Part shown: piece after piece, positions 1 through 11,002 of the stretch
Position numbering within the stretch: the stretch's first letter is position 1
Layout: each line of letters opens with the position of its first letter
NCBI GenBank assembly: GCA_963737635.1
Contig: CAVTTL010000001.1
Location: forward strand, 1,760,001-1,824,000
DNA length: 64,000 nt
Origin: an uncultured Methanoregulaceae archaeon
Lineage (GTDB): Archaea; Halobacteriota; Methanomicrobia; Methanomicrobiales; Methanospirillaceae
Reading direction: 5' to 3'
Made by a program: the position numbers and the translations under genes
The notes under the pieces: model-generated
The model's database searches: none
What the model saw: the letters and a program-made list of their open reading frames with translations, nothing else
Told to the model about the DNA's origin: nothing

Positions 1-71
1 GCCGCTTCAAAGATCCTCCGTATCCCGGAAATTTCTATACCTTTTACCCGGGGCGAGAAATGTTCTTCCAT
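1..71 (-). CDS. PLP-dependent (class I, aspartate-type) aminotransferase, N-terminal fragment running off the window edge
   Basis: Manual translation MEEHFSPRVKGIEISGIRRIFEA; GGAGGA RBS just upstream; lies directly downstream of hxlB. Confidence 0.7.
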   Translation of the reverse strand, partial: MEEHFSPRVKGIEISGIRRIFEA

Positions 72-91
72 CTTGTCCTCCACAATGAGTA

Positions 92-691
92 TCACTCAAT
101 ATTTGCGTGCCGGTTCTTGAGTGCTGATTCATCGGTCTTTGTTATCTCCATAAGTCGGGAGATCGCGGCGTCGGAGAAGATCATCGAGGCCGTCTCAAAG
201 AGTGTCCCAAGCGGCGCAAACGACTTATGATCGCCCAGCATCTGCCGGATTTCAAACTCTGCCGCATCATCACGCACATCATCGCGCTGGTTTTCGATTA
301 TCACCCTGCAGTCGGCAATTTTTCCAATCCTCGAATCGGCGTTCGAAGTGATAAGACAGATGTGTGCCCCAATCTCTTTTCCTGTCTCGGCGATATCAGC
401 AATGGTTTTGGTCCTTCCGGACCCCGAAAAAACCACGATGACATCTCCTTTCTGGAGTGCCGGCGTGATCGTCTCGCCAACGACATACGACTGAAGGCCA
501 AGGTGCATCAGGCGCATGGCAAAACCCTTCGCCACTAGACCCGATCGGCCTGCGCCCATCACATAAATGCGTCGTGCATTTAATATCTCGGCGAGGAACG
601 CATCTACGTCCGCGTCGGAAATTGAAGTCGCTATTGCCCGAATCTTTGATGCCATTAGCTGCATCATTTCCTGAACCCTGTGATTTTCCAT
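92..691 (-). CDS. hxlB: 6-phospho-3-hexuloisomerase (SIS domain, RuMP pathway)
   Basis: Motifs GAGRSG, VVGETITP, SGSGRT, APLGTLFE and the C-terminal RHANIE. Confidence 0.93.
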   Translation of the reverse strand: MENHRVQEMMQLMASKIRAIATSISDADVDAFLAEILNARRIYVMGAGRSGLVAKGFAMRLMHLGLQSYVVGETITPALQKGDVIVVFSGSGRTKTIADIAETGKEIGAHICLITSNADSRIGKIADCRVIIENQRDDVRDDAAEFEIRQMLGDHKSFAPLGTLFETASMIFSDAAISRLMEITKTDESALKNRHANIE

Positions 692-810
692 CCTGCTCGC
701 AAGAATGGTGTTATCCCATAGTAGATGAGAATTTCGTACCGGCCGTAAAGCTGGTATCGGCTACAGGAACGAGGAAGAGAAACATCCTCACAAAACGCAT
801 TTGTCGTGTT

Positions 811-2322
811 CTAAGCCCCTGTTACCTTGTAATGGGTGATATTACCAATGGGCACGAGCTTCCCGTTCTCTAGCACAGAAACGGCACCATGACCGCCGCA
901 GATCCGGCAGCGTTTCTGCTGCGTACTAAGACGCTGATCGGTCTCAGCAGCAAGTTCAAGAAGTTCTTTTCGTTCCTTGCGCGCGAGATTGCTGTCCACA
1001 TTAACTGATGTGACCAGAAAATCGGCAAGGGAATTATAGCTTGCCCGTTCCAGCGTAAGGCTGGAAAAATTGATGACAGCATCGGCGGTGAAGAGCAGCC
1101 CTTCAGATCCTGAATACAGATAGATCTGTCCGTTTGTATGGCCTCCCAGTCCTTCGAGCACTTCAAGAATAAGATCGCCGATGGTGACTGTCCCAATGAC
1201 GGGAAAGATACTGCGTGTTGCCGTTCCGGCCCTCGGTAGGCAGGTAATCTCTCTGGGGGGTCTGAACTGTGAGAAGAGATTGATCATCTTAGTGTAAAAT
1301 GCTTCAAGAACCGAATGCTCGTTCCGCGAACCATATGCACGGTTGTTCGTTTTTATAATCTCCCGCGTGCCGGTATGCATGAGTGCACTTCCCGGGAAAA
1401 AACCTCCTCCCCCGCAGTGATCGGCATCTGCATGGGAGATAACTATCTGGGTAAACTGGTCTTCTTCACCGAGACCGAAGTGGGAAAACATCGCCATAAC
1501 ATCGTCGTGGTAAATGCCATACCCGGTATCGATCATCAGGGTTTCTTTGCCAGCAGTAAGGACATAGATACTGCCGCCGCAGGGCAGCTGAAAACAGAAG
1601 AGGTCGACCTGCGGGGTGACTGCAATTTTCTGAATATCCGCATAGAAATTCCTTCCTGATGTAGCACGCAGTGTCCGACCGGTCTGGAGCACACTATCGA
1701 AGACCTGTTGGGGATTATTCCCCCGGTTCATCAGTTCCTGCGCGATATGATTGGTATCTGCAAGAAACGAAAGAAGGAAAGTATTTTCGGATTCACCGAT
1801 AAGGTCCCGGATTTCCTGGGCAAACCGTACATAGAAAATGGTGTTGTCAAGGTTTTTACCAGTAGTATCGTATTCGAGAATCTCGAGACGGTACCGGGAT
1901 TTGAGTTGATCCAGAAGCTGTTCAACTGATGCCGGGTCTTCCAGATTCAGGCTGACGGTCAGCCGGTCAGGATATCGCCCGGTATCATCAAAATCGACAA
2001 AACCGATATTTGCCCCGGATTCTGTCGTATATTTCAGGAACCGGCTGAGAGATCCCAGCGTATGGGGCAGATGCACATAGAATTTAAGGAAACTTGAAGG
2101 TTTTAACGAGGTCTGGAGGTACCCGATTGCAGCAAGATCCCGGGTAATCCTGACATAATCATCTGCAGTCGCAGTCACTTCGTAAAAGACCGTGCAGGGA
2201 TCGATCCTCCGATCATATTGGATACGATTGATATTGCCATCATATTTCGTGATAACACCGGCTGCCCTCCCAAGAGAACCGGGTTCATCAGGCATGTGGG
2301 CAATAAAACCAAATTTTTTCAC
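811..2322 (-). CDS. Tandem ACT domains fused to a metallo-beta-lactamase-fold hydrolase
   Basis: ACT-like PDEPGSL...GNI and PHTLGSL...GANI; MBL motifs IDTG, SHADADH, GGHT, TAD, GGHG. Confidence 0.8.
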   Translation of the reverse strand: MKKFGFIAHMPDEPGSLGRAAGVITKYDGNINRIQYDRRIDPCTVFYEVTATADDYVRITRDLAAIGYLQTSLKPSSFLKFYVHLPHTLGSLSRFLKYTTESGANIGFVDFDDTGRYPDRLTVSLNLEDPASVEQLLDQLKSRYRLEILEYDTTGKNLDNTIFYVRFAQEIRDLIGESENTFLLSFLADTNHIAQELMNRGNNPQQVFDSVLQTGRTLRATSGRNFYADIQKIAVTPQVDLFCFQLPCGGSIYVLTAGKETLMIDTGYGIYHDDVMAMFSHFGLGEEDQFTQIVISHADADHCGGGGFFPGSALMHTGTREIIKTNNRAYGSRNEHSVLEAFYTKMINLFSQFRPPREITCLPRAGTATRSIFPVIGTVTIGDLILEVLEGLGGHTNGQIYLYSGSEGLLFTADAVINFSSLTLERASYNSLADFLVTSVNVDSNLARKERKELLELAAETDQRLSTQQKRCRICGGHGAVSVLENGKLVPIGNITHYKVTGA

Positions 2323-2427
2323 AAGTACGGCTCCATTGCAGGACTAAAATAGGTACACCTTTTCGATATAGATTACGGTAAAAAAGGTACTACCGGTCAT
2401 TGACCGGCATCCGGGCGGTGCCGGATT

Positions 2428-3534
2428 TTAGTCTCTTTTCTTTGTGAGGGTAAAAATCAGGGCTGCTCCTATGCAGCCTCCGATTGCTGCCAGCGGAGAA
2501 AGCGCAAGACCGAACGGTGCCTTCATCATCTCGGGTGAGATCTCCGTCGGTTTGTTTTCTGATACGACAATGTCCATCGATACGGTCAGGTAACCGGGAG
2601 ATTTGATCTCAACCAGATGTGTCCCGGATGCAACGCTGTTCAGCGTTACCGGTGAAGTTCCTACCAGTACTGAATCGAGATAAACGGATGCGCCTGCCGG
2701 GGTTGATGAAACAACGAGTGTTCCCGAATTCGGGGAGGTGGCAGGTGTCACCTGCGGATTGCCTGACGCCCCGGTCATATTTGTCTGAGGAAGTGCGGCG
2801 GACGATGTATTGGTGGTTCCCAGTGGGGTCAGATCTGCATTGGAGGCAACGACCGTTAGTGTTTCTTTCAGGTTATTTGTCAATGAGGGGCTGCTGAAAA
2901 CAATGGTATAGGTACCTGGCTGCATATCAACATGGAACCCGTACTGGAAGTATCCCCCGGCACTCACCGGTGAGTTGAACGTATGCACCTTGTTCCCAGA
3001 AGCATCCAGCACATCGATCTCAATTGCATCTGCTGAAGTTTGCACTGTTCCCACCAGCTGAATATAATCATTGAGCACCGCCGGATTTGGGGATATTGTT
3101 GCATAAAATTCGGGTTGTCTCAGGGATATCGAAGCGGAAGAATTGATAAGCGGGTTACTGAGATCAAATGCCCTGAATGTATACACACCCGTATTCAGGT
3201 TTTCAGTCCCCTGCGCCAGGGAAGAATCCCAGAGAAATGTCCATGTTCCCGATGGATCCGTATACACGGGGTCCCCGGTTCCTGCTGTCCCCGTCAGGGT
3301 GGAGGGGGGAACCCCCGCAGAGGGGAGGCCTGGGCCGGTAACGGTGATTACAGTTGTATTACCTACGGTATTCTTCCCGTCAAATATGACACTGTCACCA
3401 ATGTAATGCTGCATGGCTCCTCGGTAAGAGATAGATACGGTTCCATCCTGGCCATGTACTGGTACGACGCATACCGCAACAAGGATCAAAAGAAGAAGTC
3501 CGTAAAATGATTCCGGAATCTTTTTAGAGCACAT
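2428..3534 (-). CDS. PEGA domain surface protein
   Basis: Signal peptide; PEGA motif VSSTPAGASVYLD...GTSP...GTHLVEIKSPGY; C-terminal TM helix with basic tail. Confidence 0.85.
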   Translation of the reverse strand: MCSKKIPESFYGLLLLILVAVCVVPVHGQDGTVSISYRGAMQHYIGDSVIFDGKNTVGNTTVITVTGPGLPSAGVPPSTLTGTAGTGDPVYTDPSGTWTFLWDSSLAQGTENLNTGVYTFRAFDLSNPLINSSASISLRQPEFYATISPNPAVLNDYIQLVGTVQTSADAIEIDVLDASGNKVHTFNSPVSAGGYFQYGFHVDMQPGTYTIVFSSPSLTNNLKETLTVVASNADLTPLGTTNTSSAALPQTNMTGASGNPQVTPATSPNSGTLVVSSTPAGASVYLDSVLVGTSPVTLNSVASGTHLVEIKSPGYLTVSMDIVVSENKPTEISPEMMKAPFGLALSPLAAIGGCIGAALIFTLTKKRD

Positions 3535-3660
3535 TTTTTTTCCTCACCTTTAAGAGAATATATTCTTGAGAGAATAAACGTTGTTGTTCTTTTTCTCACT
3601 TTTCACCCTGAATACCTCCCAAAGATCATCCAATTCGGTCAGGAAATGTCCCGATAACGA

Positions 3661-3676
3661 AACTATATGTATAGTT
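3661..3676. promoter_or_regulatory. Inverted repeat AACTATA-TG-TATAGTT over the probable TATA box of the ACS operon
   Basis: Perfect 7-2-7 inverted repeat ending ~30 bp upstream of the GTG start at 3707, preceded by a BRE-like CGAAA. Confidence 0.4.
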
Positions 3677-3706
3677 GCGCAGTAACCCATAACCAGAGGG
3701 ATAATC

Positions 3707-5738
3707 GTGACTGACGTCATCCAGGCAAAGATAACCGGTAATGAGCAGCTTAAAAATAAAATATCCCAAATATCGCGCGAATTTTCCTATGACGAGACCG
3801 CATATCATCTTCCGATCTCGTTTGCACTGACAGGAATTGCGGTACATGACAGGAACGCTGCTGCGGAAGTTTTTGCAAAAACCGGTAACAACCCGCTGGT
3901 TGCGTCTGAGTGCCTGCTTGCGGAAGCCACAGCTGCCGCAGGAAAGGAGCCTTCCCCTTACACGGGATTTATCAGTGACACGGTGATCCGGAAGCTTGGC
4001 TACTCCCTGGTGGATGGGAGCATTCTTGGCCTAGCCCTTATCGTTGGTACACCGAATAGTTCGGGGAGTGCAGCCGCAATCTGCCGTGAGCTTCAGGAAA
4101 AATACATGCTCACGTTCCTTGCCGGGGGCGTTATCCCGACCCTCTCTTCATCCGGCGTAAAACTTGGCCTGGATTACCGGCTCATCCCTCTGGGGTCCCA
4201 ACCTCTCCACAGTGTCTATTTTGTGGATATCATTGCACGGGTCGCAATGATGTTTGGAGGTGTCTCTCCGGGGGATACCGGACGCCTCCTTGCCTATGCA
4301 GCGGAACGTGCAAAAGCAATGGTAGTAGTCTTCCCCGGGCTATCTGATGAAGAAGTGGCCTTTGTGGACGGCATGCGTGTCCTTGGATTTCCGATCCTCA
4401 CGCTTGGCGGATATGAAGGCGGTGACTGGACACCGGCAACACCAGAAAATGTCGTGTGTACCGGGATGGAACTGAAGGGTATCCGGGTCACAGTGACTGC
4501 GATTCCTATTCCGATGGGCTGTTCTCCTGCGTTCGAAGGAAAAAGCATCAGGAAAGAGGAGATGCAGATCGAGTTTGGCGGGGGCCGATCACCCGCCTTT
4601 GAACTTTTAAGGATGAAAAATCCCGGAGAGATCGAGGATGGCAAGGTATCGGTTGTCGGGCCGGAGATCGATTCCATGAAGGAAGGCGGCGCATATCCTC
4701 TTGGTATTATTATCGATGTGGCGGGAAAGTCGATGAAGAAGGATTATGAGCCGGTACTCGAACGACGGATCCACAATTTTATCAATTATGGTGAAGGATC
4801 GTGGCACGTTGCCCAAAGGGATCTTATCTGGGTGCGGATATCCAAGGAAGCATTTGCAAAAGGGGTGAAAATCGAGCACCTGGGAAAACTCCTTGCAGGC
4901 AAGTTCCGGATGGATTTCCCCCAGCTTCTTGACGCGGTAGCCGTCACGCTCATCACAGACGAGGATAAAGTGCTTGCCGGAAAAAAAGAAGCGGAAAAAA
5001 TTTACGCCGAACGTGATGCCCGCATCAAAGGGATGCGTGACAACGAAGTTGGAACCTATTATTCCTGCACACTCTGTCAGACATTTGCCCCCAATCATGT
5101 CTGTATTATTACACCTGAGCGGCCGGCCCTCTGCGGGGCGATCAGACTGGCTTGACGGGAAGATTGCGTATGAAATGTCCCCCGCCGGCGCAAACCAACC
5201 CGTGGAGAAAGGGGCACTAATCAATGCCCAGAATGGCGAGTTCGAAGGGGTTAACCGGTTCGTCAAAAAAGCCAGCCACGGCGAAATCGAAAGGTGTTCG
5301 CTTTACAGCGTAATGGAATTCCCGATGACCTGCTGCGGGTGCTTCGAAGCCATAGCGCTGATGCTTCCTGAAGTCAACGGAATCATGGTGGTTAACCGGG
5401 AATACAAGGGCATGACACCGTCCGGCATGACATTCTCGACCCTTGCCGGAACCATTGGCGGGGGAGCCCAGACCCCGGGCTTTGCTGGCATCTCGAAGAA
5501 TTATATCCTTTCGGACCGGTTCCTCCAGGGCGAAGGGGGCATCGAACGCCTTGTCTGGATGCCTTCGCAATTAAAAGAGGAACTTAAACCCCGGCTCATC
5601 TCCCTTATGGCGGCAAAGGGACATCCCGATCTCTTTGATAAAATTGCGGATGAAACCACGGCTGAAACCATTGAGGATCTTACAGCTTTTCTCGAGCGTG
5701 TTGGTCACCCGGCGCTTACGATGAAACCCCTGATGTGA
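3707..5738 (+). CDS. acsB: Acetyl-CoA synthase catalytic subunit, bacterial AcsB-like (~677 aa); apparent +1 frameshift at ~5146
   Basis: A-cluster ligand motifs CTLCQ, NHVC...LCGA and PMTCCGCFE; N-terminal ETAYHLP domain typical of bacterial AcsB; removing A5146 restores CGAISWLDG. Confidence 0.9.
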
Positions 5739-5746
5739 GGTGTGAG

Positions 5747-6694
5747 ATGATACCTGAACCGAATTTTGGCTGGACGGGCACGGTAGGAGAAGTCATCCTT
5801 GGTGCAACCTGTTCTGATGGAGGGACGAGGTCACGCTCATACCGGATTGGCAGGGGAACCACACTCCCGTTCATGGAAAAAGAAAAAACATCGCCCTCGC
5901 CTCTCGTCACTTTCGATATTTGCGACGACTCCCGGTACTGGTCTCCTATAGTCAACGATTTCTGCGGAGATCTTGTCCACGATCCAAGTGCATGGGCGAA
6001 GATGGCAGAAACCTCCTACGAGGCAGATCTTATCCGTCTCTGCCTGACAAGTACCAAGCAGCGGGATTTCTCCAATATCGCCGCACTTGGGAAAACTACG
6101 GAATCTGTTCTGTCATCTACTACCCTGCCACTTATCATTGAAGGAAGCAACGAACCAAAGATTGACAGTGAAGTATTCCAGAAATGTGGCGAGGCTGGTC
6201 AGGGTGAACGCCTGCTTCTCGGGACCGCAGAAGCGGGACGGTACCGCAGTATCGCCGCTGCAGCCTTGGCGTACAACCACGCGATCATTGCCCAATCCCC
6301 CATCGATATCAACCTTGCAAAGCAGCTTAATATTCTTCTCAAGGAGATCGGGGTACCACGCGATCACATCGTTATCGATCCCTACACCGGTGCGCTTGGC
6401 TATGGTTTTGAGTATTCTTATTCTGCAATGGAGCGGATCCGGTTTTCTGCGCTCAAGGGCGACAGTGATCTCGCGATGCCGATGATCTGCGCTCCCTCGG
6501 ATTCTCTCACCATAAAGGAGGTACGTGAAGCAGATGTCGACATGAGGAATGCCATGGCTGTAGAATGGGAATTTGTGACCAGCCTTGCGGCCGCCATCGC
6601 CGGCGCTGAGATTGTCTGTGTCCGTCATCCAAGCACAGTAAAGCGACTCAAAACAGCTTTTGCGGATCTTAGTGCACGGCAGGGAGGCTCATAG
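5747..6694 (+). CDS. acsD: Corrinoid Fe-S protein small subunit (AcsD/CdhD)
   Basis: DINLAKQLN and DPYTGALGYGFEYSYSAMERIR motifs; ~315 aa. Confidence 0.92.
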   Translation: MIPEPNFGWTGTVGEVILGATCSDGGTRSRSYRIGRGTTLPFMEKEKTSPSPLVTFDICDDSRYWSPIVNDFCGDLVHDPSAWAKMAETSYEADLIRLCLTSTKQRDFSNIAALGKTTESVLSSTTLPLIIEGSNEPKIDSEVFQKCGEAGQGERLLLGTAEAGRYRSIAAAALAYNHAIIAQSPIDINLAKQLNILLKEIGVPRDHIVIDPYTGALGYGFEYSYSAMERIRFSALKGDSDLAMPMICAPSDSLTIKEVREADVDMRNAMAVEWEFVTSLAAAIAGAEIVCVRHPSTVKRLKTAFADLSARQGGS

Positions 6695-6696
6695 GA

Positions 6697-8029
6697 ATGC
6701 CCCTCAAAGCCCTTGACATCTATAAACTCCTGCCAAAGAAGAACTGCAAGGAATGCGGTGATCCTACGTGCCTGACCTTTGCCATGAAACTTGCTGCCGG
6801 GAAAGCAGACCTAGATCTCTGCCCCTATCTTGATGAGAATGCAAAGTCGGTTCTTGGGGCTTCAACCCGGCCACCGATAAAACTCGTAAAACTCGGGGTT
6901 GGTGAACGTTCATTTGCCGTCGGTGAGGAGTTCGTGCTCTACCGCCACGACAAGACATTCTATCATCCACCGGGCATCATGTTTGTACTTTCCGATACGC
7001 AAACGGACGAGGAGATAGCGGCAGTGACCGCACGTGTACGTGATGAAACGCTGACACGGGTCGGGGCCGACCTGAAATTCAACGGGACAGCGATTATCAA
7101 TACAAGCGGGACGGTTGAAGCGTATGCAAGGGCGGTCACTGCAGTCGAAAAAACCGCGGGTCTCCCCGAAGTTCTGATCTCAGAGAACCCGGCAGCTCTT
7201 TCTGCTGCCCTCGTGCAGTGCGGGAGTTACCGGCCCCTGATCTGTGCAGCAACACCGGAAAATTACCGGGAGATGTGTGCGCTTGCCAAGCAGTACGGGT
7301 GCAGGCTTGTTGTCCGGGCTCAAACTCTCGATGGGCTCGCGGCGCTCACTAAGGATTGCGCTACCGAGGGGGTTTCCAATGTTGTGCTTGACCTTGCCCC
7401 GCAGACGTTGAGCGACTTTCTTTACCGATCGACGGAAATACGTCAGCTTGCCATTACCCGAGCGGCCCCGGATCTGGGTATCCGGTGTACCTGGATGCGA
7501 CGGCTTTTGTTGATGAAGATGCGGCAATTGCTCTGGGGATTGTCAAATATGCTTCTGTGATTGTAACTTCCCCGCTCTCTCCACCATCAGCAAAGGCTGC
7601 GCTCACCCTCCGCCAGAATATCTATACTGACCCCCAGAAACCCATCCAGATGAATCCCGGGCTCTACCGGGTCGTACTCCGGGAAAAGATGCACCGGTGC
7701 TTATGACGGTAAATTTTTCCCTCACCTACTTTACTCTTCAGGGATATCTGGAATCAACCCGTATTCCCTGCTTCATGTTAATTGTCGACACCGAGGGACT
7801 TTCGGTGCTAACCTCCGTCGCAGCAGGCAAGCTTAATGAGACGCTAGTGAGGGATGCGATAAAAAAATTCGGTGTTGAAAACGAAGTATCACACCGGAAA
7901 CTGATTATCCCCGGATATGCATCCCCCCTCTCGGGAAGAATCGAAGAGGCCACCGGCTGGAAAGTGCTAGTCGGGCCCCGGGATGCCGCCGAAATTGGCG
8001 AATTTCTCGTTCAGGAATGGAAACCCTAA
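6697..8029 (+). CDS. acsC: Corrinoid Fe-S protein large subunit (AcsC/CdhE); apparent frameshifts at ~7478 and ~7675
   Basis: LPKKNCKECGDPTCLTFA Fe-S motif, RQNIYTDPQKP, TVNFSLTYF and GWKVLVGPRDA, spread over three consecutive ORFs. Confidence 0.92.
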
Positions 8030-9952
8030 ATGCGTACTGTTACTTTCTTTCCCAGCTACCGGAAGATCGATGCTCCCCGCGGGACGACTATCCTTGACGC
8101 CGCCCAGCGTGCCGGGATTAACATGAACGTCGTCTGCGGCGGCGTGGGCAAATGTGGAAAATGTATTGTTTATATCCAATCCGGTAAGACAGAATTCGAC
8201 CGGCAAAAGTTCGGGCGGTTCTTTACCGATGATGAACTGAAAAAGGGTGCCTGCCTTGCTTGCGTGACGACGATCCAGGGAGATCTTCAGGTCTTTATTC
8301 CTGAAAGCACGTTAATCCAGGAGCAAAAAATCCTCGTTGAAGGGGCAGATACGGAGATTGAATTCAACCCGTCCGTAAAAAAATACTATGTCGAACTTCA
8401 GCCGCCGACCCTTGCCGATCCATCCCCGGACCTTTCACGCCTGCTCTGGGGCATCCAGAAAAAAGGTGGGCCTGTTGCAGAGAAAATGTATGCACCGCTT
8501 GAGGTGATGCGGGAGATCCCTGCACTGCTCCGGCACAGTGACTGGAAAGTGACTGGAACAATTGCCCTTGTTCCCGGGGGATACCGGCTTATCGATCTCC
8601 AGGAAAATGATACCTCGCAAAGGCTCTACGGGGCAGCAGTTGATCTTGGCTCCACTACGGTCGTTGCGTACCTCTGGAATCTTATCACGGGAAAAGTGAC
8701 TGCGGTTGCTTCTAACTACAACCGGCAGATCAGCTGTGGGGAAGACATACTCGCCCGGGTCAATTATGCCCAGAAAAACGGGATCGCAAAACTCCAGACA
8801 CTTGCTGTAGAGAGCATTAACTCAGCGCTGACCTCGGCGTCCAACTCCGCCGGGATTGACCGGGAAGATATTTACGAAGTCGTGGTTGCAGGAAACACGG
8901 TAATGACCCACATGCTGCTTGGTATCGACCCGGCTTATATCATCAAGGAACCCTATGTCCCGGTGGTGCAACGGGCACTTTCGGTCGCTGCCGCAAGGAT
9001 TGGGATCACTTGTAACGACAATTGCGGGCTCTTTGCTTTCCCGGCAGTCAGTGATTTTATTGGCGGTGATATCATTGCCGACATTCTTGCTTGTGGCATG
9101 GGCGAAAAGGATGAGATCTCCCTCCTTGTCGATATTGGTACTAATTTCGAAGTTGTTCTTGGTAACCGGGAATGGATGTTTTCATGTGCAGGGGCAGCGG
9201 GTCCGGCGCTTGAAGGTGGCGAGGTACTCTTCGGTATGCGTGCAAATCCCGGTGCTATCGAGAAGATAACTATCGACCCAACAACGCTTGAGCCGGTATT
9301 TTCCACCATCAATGGGATCAAACCCCGGGGCATTACCGGTTCTGGGCTGATTGATATTCTTGCCGAACTGCTCTCTACCGGAGTCATTGACCGTACCGGG
9401 CGGATTAACACTGAGTGCAACAATCCCCGGATCCGCGTCGGCGCACATTTCCCGGAGTACGTCATTGCGTGGGCACGCGAGACCGATATCGGCAAGGATA
9501 TTGTGATTACGGAAAATGACATCAAGAACCTCATTATGAGCAAGGCTTCCATCCATGCTGCCTGCGTGACGCTCATGAAAGAGGCAGCAGTTACACGGTT
9601 CGACATTGCCACCATTTACTTCGCCGGGGCATTTGGTAACTACATCAACAAAAAGAACGCGACGATTGTAGGCCTGATCCCAGAGATCGATTTCGAACGG
9701 ATAAAGAACATCGGAAATGGAGCCGTAGTAGGTGCAAATCTTGCGCTCATCAATCGCAGACAGAGAAAACTACTCGATGGCATCGCAGGCAGGATCGCTT
9801 ATATTGAGCTCAACGCAGAACCCTCTTTCATGGATGAGTACACCTCTAGCGCGTTTCTCCCGCATACCGATCTCTCACTTTTCCCCCGGGTCCAGGCCCT
9901 TCTCGATTCCCTGCGCGAGAAAAAAGGAGGGTATCCCGAATGTCAAAGATGA
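8030..9952 (+). CDS. Reductive activator of corrinoid proteins (RACo/AcsV, ASKHA ATPase with N-terminal 2Fe-2S domain)
   Basis: CGGVGKCGKC...LAC ferredoxin motif; DLGSTT, FIGGD, DIGTN, AGPALEG, AGAFG and GNGA. Confidence 0.9.
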   Translation: MRTVTFFPSYRKIDAPRGTTILDAAQRAGINMNVVCGGVGKCGKCIVYIQSGKTEFDRQKFGRFFTDDELKKGACLACVTTIQGDLQVFIPESTLIQEQKILVEGADTEIEFNPSVKKYYVELQPPTLADPSPDLSRLLWGIQKKGGPVAEKMYAPLEVMREIPALLRHSDWKVTGTIALVPGGYRLIDLQENDTSQRLYGAAVDLGSTTVVAYLWNLITGKVTAVASNYNRQISCGEDILARVNYAQKNGIAKLQTLAVESINSALTSASNSAGIDREDIYEVVVAGNTVMTHMLLGIDPAYIIKEPYVPVVQRALSVAAARIGITCNDNCGLFAFPAVSDFIGGDIIADILACGMGEKDEISLLVDIGTNFEVVLGNREWMFSCAGAAGPALEGGEVLFGMRANPGAIEKITIDPTTLEPVFSTINGIKPRGITGSGLIDILAELLSTGVIDRTGRINTECNNPRIRVGAHFPEYVIAWARETDIGKDIVITENDIKNLIMSKASIHAACVTLMKEAAVTRFDIATIYFAGAFGNYINKKNATIVGLIPEIDFERIKNIGNGAVVGANLALINRRQRKLLDGIAGRIAYIELNAEPSFMDEYTSSAFLPHTDLSLFPRVQALLDSLREKKGGYPECQR

Positions 9953-10979
9953 TCCCATCCCCGTATTCACGTGCGACTGGTATAGGCGCCCTTCCCCACA
10001 CCGACCCTGTACTCGCGTGCGACGATGTCCTCGATGTGTTCCCTGAATTCCCTTATGCACCCACGCTCCCCGACCGTGGACTTCTGGAAAGCATCGTTTT
10101 CAACGATTCAGCGCAGCTCCCGGGGCGGCTCATCCGTGATGACAGGTTACTCTACGATAGCACCCGGGATAATACCTCTGCGATGGAACAGGTGTACCTG
10201 GATTTTGTCGAGGAAAATTTTTCACCCTATAACCTTGATAAGGAACACGCATCTGCATTTGCAGAGATGATGACCCGTCATTTTCCTAAAGCAAAGATCC
10301 TCAAGTGCCAGGTCACTGGACCGGTTACCTTCGGTATGCAGGTTGTGGATGCGGACAAGAGGCCCATCTATTACGACTCTCAACTTGCTGATGTCCTTTC
10401 GAAAATGATTGCACTCAAGGCCCGGTGGTGCGAAAACGAGATGCAGATACAGACTGGAATCAAAGAGACCCTTGTAGTTCTCAACGAACCCTATTTTGCT
10501 TCGCTGGGATCCTCAGTCGTGCCCCTTGACCGGGGAGCTGTGAAGGCGGGCTGGCAGGATATTGCATCCCTCGTCCGGGGCGGCCTTGGCGTGCACTGTT
10601 GTTCGAACACGGACTGGGAATTTGTTATCAGTCTCGACCCTTCGGTCATCTCCCTTGACGCCTATGCAACAGCGACAGAATTCCTTCTCTACGCCGATGC
10701 GATTGCGGCTTACCTAGAACGGGGCGGGGTCATAGCTTGGGGAATTGTCCCTGCAGAATACAAGCTCTTTGCAGCAGAGACGGTTGACTCGCTCTACGCA
10801 CGGTACCGTGCGATACGAACCCAGCTGACAAAACGTATCCCGGAAGATCTTTTCGATGCCCAGTCGCTCATTACCCCCAGCTGCGGATCCGGTTTGCCGA
10901 CCGGAACGGCGCTGGTGAGATCCAGAGTGCCGCCGCGGAGATTTCCCGGAGGATCCGGGCAGAGGCAGATATTTCCTGA
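9940..10979 (+). CDS. Core (folate-independent, methylcobamide-dependent) methionine synthase, MesB/MesC-like; apparent frameshift at ~10888
   Basis: ATGIGALPH, QVTGPVT, NEP, Zn-site HCC, AWGIVP and ITPSCG; the shifted frame continues IRFADR...EISRRIRAEADIS to TGA at 10977-10979. Confidence 0.75.
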
Positions 10980-11002
10980 ACGTGAGAATGTTACTTGTTA
11001 CT

